This document shows, piece by piece, positions 41,349 to 50,779 of a stretch of DNA of 64,000 bases. A program made the translations under genes and the position numbers. Position 1 is the first letter of the stretch. Each line of letters opens with the position of its first letter. This DNA comes from Vulcanimicrobiota bacterium (GTDB lineage Bacteria; Vulcanimicrobiota; Vulcanimicrobiia; Vulcanimicrobiales; Vulcanimicrobiaceae). The DNA lies in the NCBI GenBank assembly GCA_963777315.1, contig CAVZQC010000002.1, forward strand, positions 512,001-576,000, read 5' to 3'. The notes under the pieces were generated by a model. It was not told the origin of the DNA, made no database searches, and worked only from the letters and a program-made list of their open reading frames with translations.

Positions 41349-41809
41349 AACATCTCCTGACCCAGGGAGACCAGTTCGCCGTTTTCCGGGATGATGCGCG
41401 TCACCACGCCCGCGTAGTCGCTGGTGATTTCGTTGAACAGCTTCATCGCCTCCAGAATGCACAGCACCTGGCCGCGCTCGATCCGGTCGCCCAGCGTCAC
41501 GAAAGACTCGGCGTCGGGTGAAGCCGATCGGTAAAAGACGCCCACCAGCGGCGCGGTGACTTTTTTCACGGCGGCGGAAGCCGCCGGACTGCTCGCTGCA
41601 GGCGCGGCGGCGGGCTGGGCGCCCGGCGAAGAACCGGCTGCGGCCGGCGTGGCGGCGATCCCGCCTTCGCGCCGAACCAGTTCGTATATCTTGTCGCCCA
41701 CCTTGACTTTGATCGCGTCGAGATCGTGCTCGTGCATGATTTCGAGCAGGTCCTTGAGCGTTTGCGTTTCACTCGCTTCCCCCGCGAACTCGTCGAAATC
41801 AGGCTTCAT
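41333..41809 (-). CDS. accB: Acetyl-CoA carboxylase biotin carboxyl carrier protein
   Basis: Ala/Pro linker, APLVGVFYR, EAMKL biotinylation site. Confidence 0.94.
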   Translation of the reverse strand: MKPDFDEFAGEASETQTLKDLLEIMHEHDLDAIKVKVGDKIYELVRREGGIAATPAAAGSSPGAQPAAAPAASSPAASAAVKKVTAPLVGVFYRSASPDAESFVTLGDRIERGQVLCILEAMKLFNEITSDYAGVVTRIIPENGELVSLGQEMFWIEP

Positions 41810-43070
41810 CGCTGCACAGTTCCACGAGACCGGCCGGGAGGTCTTTTCCGATGGCGATCCGCCGGTCCGAGCGTTCGGTGAGATCGCGCAGAACGGCGTG
41901 TCCGGCCGCCAGCTCCTCGCTTCCGACGATCAGCGCAAAGCGGGCGCCGTTCTCGTCGGCGATTTTGAGCTGAGCGAGCAGTTTGCGTTCGCCGTAGTCC
42001 ATGAAGACGGGCACGCTGAGCGAGTACCGCAAAAGCGCGGCCAGGGTGACGAGCGCTTCGCGCGCCGGCTCGCCCAGCGCTATGAGCTGAATGCCGCTGC
42101 GGAGCACTTGAGCGCCCGCTCCGGATGCGGCGATGACCATGAGCAGGCGTTCCAGCCCCAAGGCAAAGCCGACCGACGGCACGTTCGGCCCGCCGAGCGC
42201 GCGAATGAGGTCGTCGTACCGGCCGCCCGCGCAGACCGTGCTTTGCGCTCCGAGCGCGTCGGATACGAATTCGAAAACCGTACGCGTGTAGTAGTCGAGA
42301 CCGCGAACAATACGCGGATTGACGGTGAACGGCAGCCCGATGCGTTCCAAATAGCGTTTGACCGCTTCGAAGTGCTCGCGGCACGGCTCGCACAGATACG
42401 CCTCGAAATGCGGCGCCGTTTCCACAAACGGCCGATCCTCGGGCGCTTTGCTGTCGAGCAGGCGCAGCGGATTACGCTCCAGTCGCCGCTGTGAATCCGC
42501 GCTGAGCTGCGCGGCATGCGGCCGGAAGTGCTCGAGCAGCGCCTGCCGATAGGCGGGGCGGCACGCCGCGTCGCCGATCGAATTCAGATTGAGCGTTGCA
42601 TCGATGCCGTAGGAGCGAAACAGATGCGTGGCCAGAGCAATGACTTCGACGTCCGCCTCGGGGCCTTTGAACCCCACGCATTCCACGCCGAATTGGTGCG
42701 ACTGCCGGTATCGTCCGGATTGCGGGCGCTCGTAGCGGAATATCGGGCCAATGTAATAGAGGCGGCGTGCGCCTTCGAACAAATTGTGCTGCAGCGCCGC
42801 ACGCACCACGGGCGCCGTCCATTCGGGGCGCAGCGCTATTCGACGGCCGCCCTTGTCTTCAAAGGCGTACATTTCTTTTTCCACGATATCCGTGGTCTCG
42901 CCCACGCCGCGCACGAATAATTCGGTCGCCTCGAACATCGGCGTACGGATTTCTCCGTAGCCGTATCGGCGCGCCAGCGCGTGGATTCGCGCTTCGACTT
43001 CTTGCCAGCGCGCGGTGTGCGGCGGGAAGAAATCTTGGGTGCCGCGCGGCGCGGCGATCTTAGCGGGCAT
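41799..43070 (-). CDS. hisS: Histidine-tRNA ligase
   Basis: RGTQD, LRPEWTA, FRYERPQSGRYR, VRGLDYY, GGRYD, GFALGLER. Confidence 0.97.
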   Translation of the reverse strand: MPAKIAAPRGTQDFFPPHTARWQEVEARIHALARRYGYGEIRTPMFEATELFVRGVGETTDIVEKEMYAFEDKGGRRIALRPEWTAPVVRAALQHNLFEGARRLYYIGPIFRYERPQSGRYRQSHQFGVECVGFKGPEADVEVIALATHLFRSYGIDATLNLNSIGDAACRPAYRQALLEHFRPHAAQLSADSQRRLERNPLRLLDSKAPEDRPFVETAPHFEAYLCEPCREHFEAVKRYLERIGLPFTVNPRIVRGLDYYTRTVFEFVSDALGAQSTVCAGGRYDDLIRALGGPNVPSVGFALGLERLLMVIAASGAGAQVLRSGIQLIALGEPAREALVTLAALLRYSLSVPVFMDYGERKLLAQLKIADENGARFALIVGSEELAAGHAVLRDLTERSDRRIAIGKDLPAGLVELCSDEA

Positions 43071-43159
43071 GGGTGCCGGAGGTGTTTACAGGGCGCTGTG
43101 CCCTCCCCTTTGCTGTCGCGCCGAAAAGAGTTGGACGGCGCGAGACGTAACCTGCCGCC

Positions 43160-44836
43160 ATGATACTGCGGGTTTTGGCCGCATCCGCGGCAGCGGCATT
43201 GGCTTTCGCAGCTTCGGGAGCACCTCTATCCGGAGTAGTCCCGGCCGCTGCGGTCGATCAGCTGCTCGCGCAGCGCATCAAGCACGTCTTCATCATCTAT
43301 CAAGAGAATCGCTCGTTCGACAGCGAGTTCGGTACGTTTCCCGGAGCGCAAGGCGTGTGGTCGCTTTCCGCTCGCACTCACGGATGGCAGCAGATCGATC
43401 CGATCACGCACCGCGCCGTAACGCCGTTTCTTCTGACCGATCCCGACGTATACTACGAGTCCAACGCTCGGGACGTGCAGCTGGCCGCGTTCGACGGCGG
43501 GCGCATGGACCGCTTCGTCGCGGCGCAGGAAGGGGCGCTGTCGAAATACGAGCCGCATGCGAACGCGCAGCAGCTGGCGTCGGTCGGTGCCGAATCGATG
43601 TATCACCTCGACTGCACGACCATTCCGTACCTCTGGGCGTACGCCAAGCGCTTCACGTTGTTCGACGATTTCTTCCAAGCGCTGCGCGGACCGTCTACGC
43701 CCAGCAACATCGAAATCATCGCCGCGCAAAACGGCTTGACGCAGTACGCGCGCAATCCCAAAACGCGCGCGAGCGCGGTAGGTAAAGCCGGCGACCCCAT
43801 CTTTTCGGATGCCGATCCGGCGTTCGGTCCGTATAACCCCGCCGACCCGCCCACCAAGACGCAGCCCGATCAAACGTATGCGAACGTGCTGCTGACCATG
43901 CAGCGGCGCGACGTGCACGGCGTCACCGCGGATGCAGACGACGTGCGTGAGGACAAAAGCGTGATCGGCCGCCTGGCGGGCAGCGCGATTCCGTGGCGCT
44001 GGTACGAAGAGGGTTACGGCGGCAGCCGGCACGTCGGCCTCGTCGCGCATCATTTGGCCCCGCAATATTTCGGCTACGTTGCGCAAAATCCGCAGATGGT
44101 CTCGGGCATGCGCGACGTTACCTCGTTCTACCGCGACCTCGCCGCCGGCGCTTTGCCCGACCGCGGGGTATTTTATCTCAAAGGCGGCTCGCACAACGCG
44201 CTCGGATTGACTCCGGCCAACAAGGATCCGTACGTGCAGGCCACGTTTCTGGGCGACGACGATCATCCCGGCTATACCGACTCGCAAATTTCGCAGGCGT
44301 TCGTCGCATCGCTGGTTTCCGCGATCGCAAAGAGCAAATACTGGAACGATTCGGCCATCGTCATAACGTGGGACGACCTGGGGGGATTCTGGGATCACGT
44401 CACGCCGCACGCCTTTGAGACGTGCCCTGACGGCAACCCCTGCGGCGACGGCGCACGCGTGCCCGCCATCGTGATCTCGCCGTATGCAAAGAGCGGGGTC
44501 ATCGTGCACGAGCTGAACGATCAGGACTCGGTCGTGAAGTTCGTTGAAACGGTGTTCGATTTGCCGGCGCTGGCATCGCTGCCCGACGAACAAAGATACC
44601 TGCCGCTCGGGCCGCGCGACGGCAACGCGCTGATTTCCAATCTGCGCGATGCGTTCGATTACGGCAGGCTGTCCGGAAAACGCGCGCCGCTGTCTGCATC
44701 GGGCGCTATTTTTTCCGATGCGACCATACGAACGATTCCGGCTCCGCTGTCGTGCCGCGACATCGGCGTAACGCCCGTCCCGCCGCCGCCGGGCGTGAGC
44801 GAGTCTGCGCCGCCTGGATTCGATCCTCGTCCCTAG
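43160..44836 (+). CDS. Secreted phosphoesterase (phospholipase C / acid phosphatase AcpA family)
   Basis: Signal peptide, IKHVFIIYQENRSFD, GPSTPS, DHP, TWDD.GGFWDHV.P, RVPAIVISPYAK. Confidence 0.9.
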   Translation: MILRVLAASAAAALAFAASGAPLSGVVPAAAVDQLLAQRIKHVFIIYQENRSFDSEFGTFPGAQGVWSLSARTHGWQQIDPITHRAVTPFLLTDPDVYYESNARDVQLAAFDGGRMDRFVAAQEGALSKYEPHANAQQLASVGAESMYHLDCTTIPYLWAYAKRFTLFDDFFQALRGPSTPSNIEIIAAQNGLTQYARNPKTRASAVGKAGDPIFSDADPAFGPYNPADPPTKTQPDQTYANVLLTMQRRDVHGVTADADDVREDKSVIGRLAGSAIPWRWYEEGYGGSRHVGLVAHHLAPQYFGYVAQNPQMVSGMRDVTSFYRDLAAGALPDRGVFYLKGGSHNALGLTPANKDPYVQATFLGDDDHPGYTDSQISQAFVASLVSAIAKSKYWNDSAIVITWDDLGGFWDHVTPHAFETCPDGNPCGDGARVPAIVISPYAKSGVIVHELNDQDSVVKFVETVFDLPALASLPDEQRYLPLGPRDGNALISNLRDAFDYGRLSGKRAPLSASGAIFSDATIRTIPAPLSCRDIGVTPVPPPPGVSESAPPGFDPRP

Positions 44837-44843
44837 CGCACGC

Positions 44844-47168
44844 CTAAGTCCCGGGTTGCCCTCCCGCCCGAAAGAGATATTTGATGATAAACCGGTCGAG
44901 CGTGTAGGGCGATGCCGGCGTACCGAAATTCACGAACAGTTCGTCGCCGCTGCGAAAACGGCGGTGATAGGCGGCGGCGAAATTCGTGCCGGGCAGCGCA
45001 AATCCGCCGTTGCCGTTGATGGCTCGCAGTGAGAAGGTGAGATTCTGATCGCGGCCGAGCAGCACGCCGACCGAAACGCGCCGCAGCCACTGCGAATCGT
45101 ACTGGCCGCCGGCAATTGCCCGCTCGAACGTGCCGTCGTATTCCAGCCCGAGCGAAAGAAGACGACCGATCGGACGCGACGTCGAGAGCGTGTACAAGTG
45201 CACGTAATCCGGTCCGTCGTCGGCTGCTCCCAGCAGACCGTACCCAAAGCGACCGTATGAGACCGACGCGTCGATCGGCGCAGGCGTTCCGTCGCCGTAG
45301 CCTACGGGTATCGCCATCAGATCGAACGTGTCGGTGCGGCCGCAAAAATATGTGGGGTAGCCGGTGAAGTACGAGCGCGGCAGCGACGGATCGGCGCAAT
45401 TGGTGCCGGTCGCTTGCGGATCGACCAGCGCGTAACTGCGCAGCTCCCCGATGACCGGCCCCAATCCATCTATCGAAAACCCGTTTCGCAGCGTGGCGGT
45501 GAGCGTCAGGTCGAAATCGGCTTGATGCGCTGCGCCCGACCGATCGACGTACCGATCGGCATTGAACTGCAGCTCGTAATTTTTGACGTACGGCGTGGCG
45601 CCGGCTCCCCAGGCGTAGAGCGACGGACCGCGCACGTCCGAGTCCGCGGTGAAACCATCGATCGGATTGTAGAACGGCGAAATGTCCTGGTATCCCGCGT
45701 TCCACTCATAGTTCTGTTTGTGCACGTCGATGAAACCGTTGGTGTTGTGTGCGGTGCGCACCGGATTCCACGAACCGCTCTCCGTTGCATCGTCGAGCGC
45801 CCAAACGAAGCCCGTTTTGAGATTTCGCCCGGCCACGCCGAATTCGCCGGTCGTGTCGTTTCCGGACACGCTGTGATGCGCGATGACGCCGTCGGCCCAG
45901 TACAGAAAAGTACGGTCCTGCAGCGCGTGCTTGTACCCGAACGCCGTATCGTCGAACGTGTTGCCGGTCAGACCGTCGAAGCCGCGAAAATTGAGAACGC
46001 CGAAGGATTGTTTTCCGAACGTGCCCTCGACTTTCTCGCCGCGGTCGAACGCGCCGATTCCGGGCGAATAGAACGCGACGTTGTTGTTCGTAGCTGCGGC
46101 ATTGGCATTGATGAAGCTCGCGCCTTGAGCAAAAAACGGACGGTACTCCTGCAGGCTGCGCCGAAACTCTTGCGGCGCAATCGTTTGCTGATCGATTTCG
46201 ACGTTCGAAAAATCCGGATTGAGCGTACCCACGAAGTTGATCGTCTGAGTCAGCGGATAACTGACGTCCAGGCCGGTAACGCGCACGTTCTGCGCTGCGA
46301 ACACGCCGCTACCTTGCTGAAAAACGTCGCGGTCGCGCCCCATGCTCTGCAAGGCGTACAACTCGGCTCGCGGCTTGGCGCGCGCCGCGCGCAGCATGTC
46401 GGCGCTCACGCGCACGCCGGTCCACGACGCCCAGTACCGCGTGTCGAAAAAATTCGGCCAGCCGTTGCCGATGGGGCCATCCTGCATCACGCCGTTGTAC
46501 GCCCACGTGTAGTGTTCGGCCGAAGCTGCGACGTTGCGGATGAAATTGATGCGCCAAGTCTGCGGCGAACCGGGATGGATGCGCATCACATCGAGCGGAA
46601 TGACGAAAACGGCGCTCCAGCTCGAGCCGCGAACCGCCGACGAGACTTTCCACGTGGGACGATAACGGCTGTTTTCGTTGGCCTGTTCGTAGCGCACACC
46701 GCGCGGGCTGGCTTCGAAGTAGTACGTTTGCGTGCCCACGCCGCTGGTGTCCACGCCCACGCCCACGAAATCGTCCAACCCGAATCCTACGTCGTCGGTC
46801 GTTTGGGTCGCGACGATGGGCGTACCGGCTTGCTCGCAGCTGAACGCGACGTAGAGATTGCGCGCATCGTAGAGCATGCGGACGGACGTGGCGTTCGGCG
46901 CTCGCGCGTGGGTCGTGAGATCGAAAAAACCGCCCGGTGCAGGAATGTCGCCGCCGTGCCAGCCCGGATCGTCCGGCGCCGGATCCATCGGCGGCGGTTT
47001 GAGCGCTTGAACCGCCGGCACGGAGAAATCCGTCGGCACCGCGGCCGTCGCCGGTGCCGTCAGCAGACCTGCGATCGCTGCCGCGAGCGCCAATAACGCC
47101 CGGGCCCGCGCCGATTCCGGGACACGATCGAGCACGGATGTAAGCCTACCCCGGAGGCCGTGCGGCAA
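44844..47168 (-). CDS. Exported CBM9-like / DUF5916-type protein with probable C-terminal beta-barrel
   Basis: Signal peptide, YDARNLYVAF, WRINFIR, TLNPDFSNVE.D, EYRPFF; start may be 47135. Confidence 0.7.
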   Translation of the reverse strand: MPHGLRGRLTSVLDRVPESARARALLALAAAIAGLLTAPATAAVPTDFSVPAVQALKPPPMDPAPDDPGWHGGDIPAPGGFFDLTTHARAPNATSVRMLYDARNLYVAFSCEQAGTPIVATQTTDDVGFGLDDFVGVGVDTSGVGTQTYYFEASPRGVRYEQANENSRYRPTWKVSSAVRGSSWSAVFVIPLDVMRIHPGSPQTWRINFIRNVAASAEHYTWAYNGVMQDGPIGNGWPNFFDTRYWASWTGVRVSADMLRAARAKPRAELYALQSMGRDRDVFQQGSGVFAAQNVRVTGLDVSYPLTQTINFVGTLNPDFSNVEIDQQTIAPQEFRRSLQEYRPFFAQGASFINANAAATNNNVAFYSPGIGAFDRGEKVEGTFGKQSFGVLNFRGFDGLTGNTFDDTAFGYKHALQDRTFLYWADGVIAHHSVSGNDTTGEFGVAGRNLKTGFVWALDDATESGSWNPVRTAHNTNGFIDVHKQNYEWNAGYQDISPFYNPIDGFTADSDVRGPSLYAWGAGATPYVKNYELQFNADRYVDRSGAAHQADFDLTLTATLRNGFSIDGLGPVIGELRSYALVDPQATGTNCADPSLPRSYFTGYPTYFCGRTDTFDLMAIPVGYGDGTPAPIDASVSYGRFGYGLLGAADDGPDYVHLYTLSTSRPIGRLLSLGLEYDGTFERAIAGGQYDSQWLRRVSVGVLLGRDQNLTFSLRAINGNGGFALPGTNFAAAYHRRFRSGDELFVNFGTPASPYTLDRFIIKYLFRAGGQPGT

Positions 47169-47216
47169 GTCTTGAGAAATCCATCAAATCGTTCGTGACG
47201 CGGCAAGGGAGCCATC

Positions 47217-48626
47217 ATGACACTGTACCGGTTCGGGCCGTTCAGCCTGGAGAAAACTTCGCTGCTGGTGTTTTTGGACGGCGCCCCGCTGTCGCTCGGG
47301 CCCAAAGTCGTCGAGACCCTGCTCGCGCTCGTCGAGCGTCCCGGTGAGGTCATTTCGAAAGCCGAACTGCTCGATCGGATTTGGCCCGAAGGCTACGTCG
47401 AAGAAGCCAATCTCGCGCAAAACATCTACGTCATTCGCAAAACGCTGCGCGCGCATTGGAAGCAGCGGGCCATCGAAACCGTTCCGCGGCGCGGCTACCG
47501 GTTTTCCGGTGAAGTCTGCGTGCAACGCTTGGAAAATTCGGCGCAGGATCGTTGGAGCGCAAAGCGGCGCTACTGGCCCGGCGCGGCTGCAGCGCTTGCG
47601 CTCGTGCTCGCGGTAGCCGGCGGCGGATGGCTAGGCATATCTCGCGCGCATGCCGGCCGCGGGCTTACCGAGGGCCTGCCGAACTCCGAAGCGCGGCTGT
47701 ATGCCATGGGCAAGTTCTATTGGAATCAGCGCACCGAATCCGGCGTAGCCAAAAGCCTGCGGTATTTCCGTGCGATGCTGGCGCGCAATCCTCGGGATGC
47801 GCGCGGCTATGCGGGCCTCGCGTGCGCGTACGCGATCCAAGGCGACTATGGATTTGGTTCGTCGGCGCCGCACGTGGCTTTCGCGCGCGCCGCTGCGAGC
47901 GCGCGCCGGGCACTGGCCATCGATCCGAGTTCATCGCAGGCGCATGCAGTTCTGGGACTGATTGCGGTCGATCGGCACGACATTACCGCAGGGCAAGTCG
48001 AATACCGGCGCGCGATCGCGCTGGATCCGAACAACGCTGCAGCGCACCAATGGTACGGCGCATCGATGCTGCTGGTCGGCAACACGGCCGCAGCCTTCGT
48101 CGAACTGCGGCGTGCTGCCGTGCTCGATCCCGAATCCGTTGCGACGGCCGCTTGGCTTTCCGAGGCGTCGTACGTGGGCCGCCGGTACAACGACGCCATC
48201 GCGTACGCGCGCCAGACGCTCGACCTGTCGCCGCAGCGGTACAGCGCTTATCAGATCATCGGAACGGCGTACGAAGCAATGGGCGATTATCGGCGAGCCG
48301 CTGCAGCGTACCGGACGTACGCGCGCACGTGCCGCGACTGCCGGTACGACGCGGCCGCTTTGCTCGCTCATGCCTACGCCGCAACCGGGCGGTACGAGCT
48401 CGCCACGCACGAGCTGCGGCAGGCTCAGCGAGGCGCGGCGACGGGCATGATTACATCCGACAATCTCGTGGCCGCGCTCATCGCGCTCGGCCGCAGAAAC
48501 GACGCTCTCGCCATGCTGCGCAAAGCGCAAGATTCGCGGCCCGGCGGTTTGCTCGCACTGGATCCGCGTATGGATCCGGTGCGCACGGATTCACGCTTTC
48601 GACGCTACACCCAAGGCCCGGGATAA
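47217..48626 (+). CDS. OmpR/CadC-type winged-helix regulator with TM segment and TPR domain
   Basis: YRFGPF, ELLDRIWP..VEEANLAQNIYVIRK.L, IETVPRRGYRF; TPR motifs RAIALDPN; DPRMDPVR.D.RF tail. Confidence 0.88.
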   Translation: MTLYRFGPFSLEKTSLLVFLDGAPLSLGPKVVETLLALVERPGEVISKAELLDRIWPEGYVEEANLAQNIYVIRKTLRAHWKQRAIETVPRRGYRFSGEVCVQRLENSAQDRWSAKRRYWPGAAAALALVLAVAGGGWLGISRAHAGRGLTEGLPNSEARLYAMGKFYWNQRTESGVAKSLRYFRAMLARNPRDARGYAGLACAYAIQGDYGFGSSAPHVAFARAAASARRALAIDPSSSQAHAVLGLIAVDRHDITAGQVEYRRAIALDPNNAAAHQWYGASMLLVGNTAAAFVELRRAAVLDPESVATAAWLSEASYVGRRYNDAIAYARQTLDLSPQRYSAYQIIGTAYEAMGDYRRAAAAYRTYARTCRDCRYDAAALLAHAYAATGRYELATHELRQAQRGAATGMITSDNLVAALIALGRRNDALAMLRKAQDSRPGGLLALDPRMDPVRTDSRFRRYTQGPG

Positions 48627-49097
48627 ATGCCGCGTCTGCCGGCGCTGGATGCGCAGTTCGCCGGCACGCAGGACGTTCTGCTGCGCACTCTAGCCGCCAG
48701 TCCGGCGATTGCGTCCAGCGCACTGGCGCACGCGCACGCCGTGATGGACGCCGGCGCCGTGCCTTCACTGACCAAGGAACTGTGCGCGGTCATGGTCGCG
48801 GGGATCGGCTTTTGCCGGCCTGCGCTGGTCGCGCATCGCAAACGCGCGCGTCGAGCCGGTGCGAGCGCAGATATGCTCAGCGCTCTGTGGAACTACGCGC
48901 GCAGCGATTGTTTTACCGCCGCGCAAAAAGCGGCGCTGGATGCGGCCGTCGCCCTCACTCGCGAGCCGCGTGGACTGCCGGAAACGATTTGGGGCGCTTT
49001 GCGCGATCACTACGACGACGCGCAGATCGTCGAACTGCTGTGCGCCGTCGGTTTGGCGAACTACTTCGACCGCGTGAGCAATGCGCTGTTGGTTTAA
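48627..49097 (+). CDS. Carboxymuconolactone decarboxylase / AhpD-like protein
   Basis: KELCAVMVA...C...H, AAL.AA.ALT, LRDHYDDAQIVEL, NYFDR. Confidence 0.75.
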   Translation: MPRLPALDAQFAGTQDVLLRTLAASPAIASSALAHAHAVMDAGAVPSLTKELCAVMVAGIGFCRPALVAHRKRARRAGASADMLSALWNYARSDCFTAAQKAALDAAVALTREPRGLPETIWGALRDHYDDAQIVELLCAVGLANYFDRVSNALLV

Positions 49098-49105
49098 CGG
49101 TTGGT

Positions 49106-50512
49106 TTAGCCCGCGCCCGCGCGCGCGAGCACGCGCTCGGTTTTGATCAGGCGCGTTCCCGACAGCTTGTCGTGCAGAAACACGCGTGAAAATGGACTCA
49201 GGGGGATGATGATCCAACACAGCAGCAGTCCGAGCGCGTATCGCCACAGGCTTTGAACGATGCCCGGCCTGCCGAAGTCCAGCGTGACGACCTTCAAACC
49301 GATGACCATCATGCCCGGCGTCTGTCCGGCAAGACCGACGAGCAAACCGAAATACAAGCACACCTCCACGGGCAAAAGCGCGCCGGTCGCGCTCGCGCGC
49401 ACGTCGCTCCACTTGAGGGCCGTACGGCCGAATGCGATGCCGGCGCTATGGATCTGCCACGAACCGATTCCGAATATCTGATCGGATGCAAGTACTTGGG
49501 CGTCCCGCGGCGCGCTCGCCGTCGTTCGCGCGGATTTGTCGTCGACCACAACGGCGGTGTGACCCGAAACGCCGAGCAGCGTCGTGATGAGCGCCTGCAC
49601 GATGATCCAATCGATGACGACCGCGCTGACCCGTCGCCACCAGCCGGCACAGTCGCGGGTCGTCACCGTCGCGCCGCGCGACTGCGGTGCCGGCTGCGGG
49701 GGCTGCCGGCTTTCGCTCAAAAAGCGCGCTTCGTGCGCGCGATACAGTTCGGATGCAAAAAATTCGCGCATCGCCTCGATGCGCCGCGTCGCATAAGGCA
49801 TCGAGCCTAGCCATTCGCCCAAGCGCAAAACGGTGTCCGCCTGCACTTCGCGCGACTGCTCGGCGAATACGAGGTGATCGATTTTGCGCCCGAACGCATG
49901 AAACGATCCGATGATGATCGCCCGCATCGCAGCGTCGATCGAGCCGCAGCACAATAGCCCGACCCGATCGCAGGTGAGCTCGGTTTTGCGCAGCCACGCG
50001 CCGAAGATCAGCGAGACGAGGGGGTTCTCGTTGCCGTTGACGCTGAGCAGCGAGGTGAACCGCGCGTGTCCGGACGCGATGTGGCCCAGTTCGCGGCCGA
50101 CCATGAAAGACAACTCGTCGTCGCGGAAATGTTCGATCCAGTTGCTGGAAAGCACCAGCGAGTACGGCTCCCCCAAACCGACCGTGACGATTGGTACGAA
50201 GGGATCGTCGCGCACGAACACCATCGGCACGGGCAGATCCAGACCGGCGGCGCAGCGCTCGACGATCGCAAACACGCGTGGATACTGCGCTTGGTGAATG
50301 CGCACGCTGCTGCCGACCAGACGGCCCCGCGCCAACGTCACGTAGACCATTGCGATCACCAGCAGAACCGCGATTTGCGAGGGGTGGATGTCTTCCCGAA
50401 GCACGAAACCGATGGCCGCTGCCGCCGGGAATGCAAACAGCAGGGTGAGATAAAACGCGGGGCGCTCCCCCCGGTACGTCAGCGATAGCGGCCCCCGGAA
50501 AAGGTCTTGCAT
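49106..50512 (-). CDS. M48-like peptidase domain (degenerate HEXXH) fused to an RDD domain
   Basis: DELSFMVGRELGHIASGH, ELTCDR.GL; C-terminal AGWWRRVSAVVID, GQTPG, RY, LHDKLSGT. Confidence 0.8.
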   Translation of the reverse strand: MQDLFRGPLSLTYRGERPAFYLTLLFAFPAAAAIGFVLREDIHPSQIAVLLVIAMVYVTLARGRLVGSSVRIHQAQYPRVFAIVERCAAGLDLPVPMVFVRDDPFVPIVTVGLGEPYSLVLSSNWIEHFRDDELSFMVGRELGHIASGHARFTSLLSVNGNENPLVSLIFGAWLRKTELTCDRVGLLCCGSIDAAMRAIIIGSFHAFGRKIDHLVFAEQSREVQADTVLRLGEWLGSMPYATRRIEAMREFFASELYRAHEARFLSESRQPPQPAPQSRGATVTTRDCAGWWRRVSAVVIDWIIVQALITTLLGVSGHTAVVVDDKSARTTASAPRDAQVLASDQIFGIGSWQIHSAGIAFGRTALKWSDVRASATGALLPVEVCLYFGLLVGLAGQTPGMMVIGLKVVTLDFGRPGIVQSLWRYALGLLLCWIIIPLSPFSRVFLHDKLSGTRLIKTERVLARAGAG

Positions 50513-50563
50513 GTTCGTGCGGGCGGGTTTCGCTGGTCGATGAACGGGCCCCGTCGCGCCCCC

Positions 50564-50608
50564 TTGACATCCCCGAATTCCGTGCTATCGTACTAGTACG
50601 CTAGTACA
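50564..50608 (+). promoter_or_regulatory. Sigma70-type promoter with overlapping YtrA-type GntR operator
   Basis: TTGACA-N16-TATCGT with TG extension; inverted repeat GTACTAG-tacg-CTAGTAC (50590-50607) over the start site. Confidence 0.8.
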
Positions 50609-50650
50609 ACAGAATATTGGTGTACGGGCAAGAGAGCGAGGAAAATACCC

Positions 50651-50767
50651 ATGGTCACGCGTCTACATCGTCACCTTCCCGACAACGCGGCCGAGCGCCC
50701 CCGGCCCACGTTTCCGAGCGAGCGCCAGACAACCGGCCTGTTCTTAGGCTGGGGCCCGAAGATTTAA
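50651..50767 (+). CDS. 38-aa small protein leading the GntR-ABC operon
   Basis: GAGGA RBS then MVTRLHRHLPDNAAERPRPTFPSERQTTGLFLGWGPKI*; lies between the operator and gntR. Confidence 0.6.
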   Translation: MVTRLHRHLPDNAAERPRPTFPSERQTTGLFLGWGPKI

Positions 50768-50779
50768 CGGCCCGCGGGC

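Noticed and set aside
45414..47096. 560-aa + strand ORF and similar long antisense ORFs (5894-7177, 20531-21886, 57701-59248)
   Set aside because: Codon-bias shadows of real genes on the opposite strand
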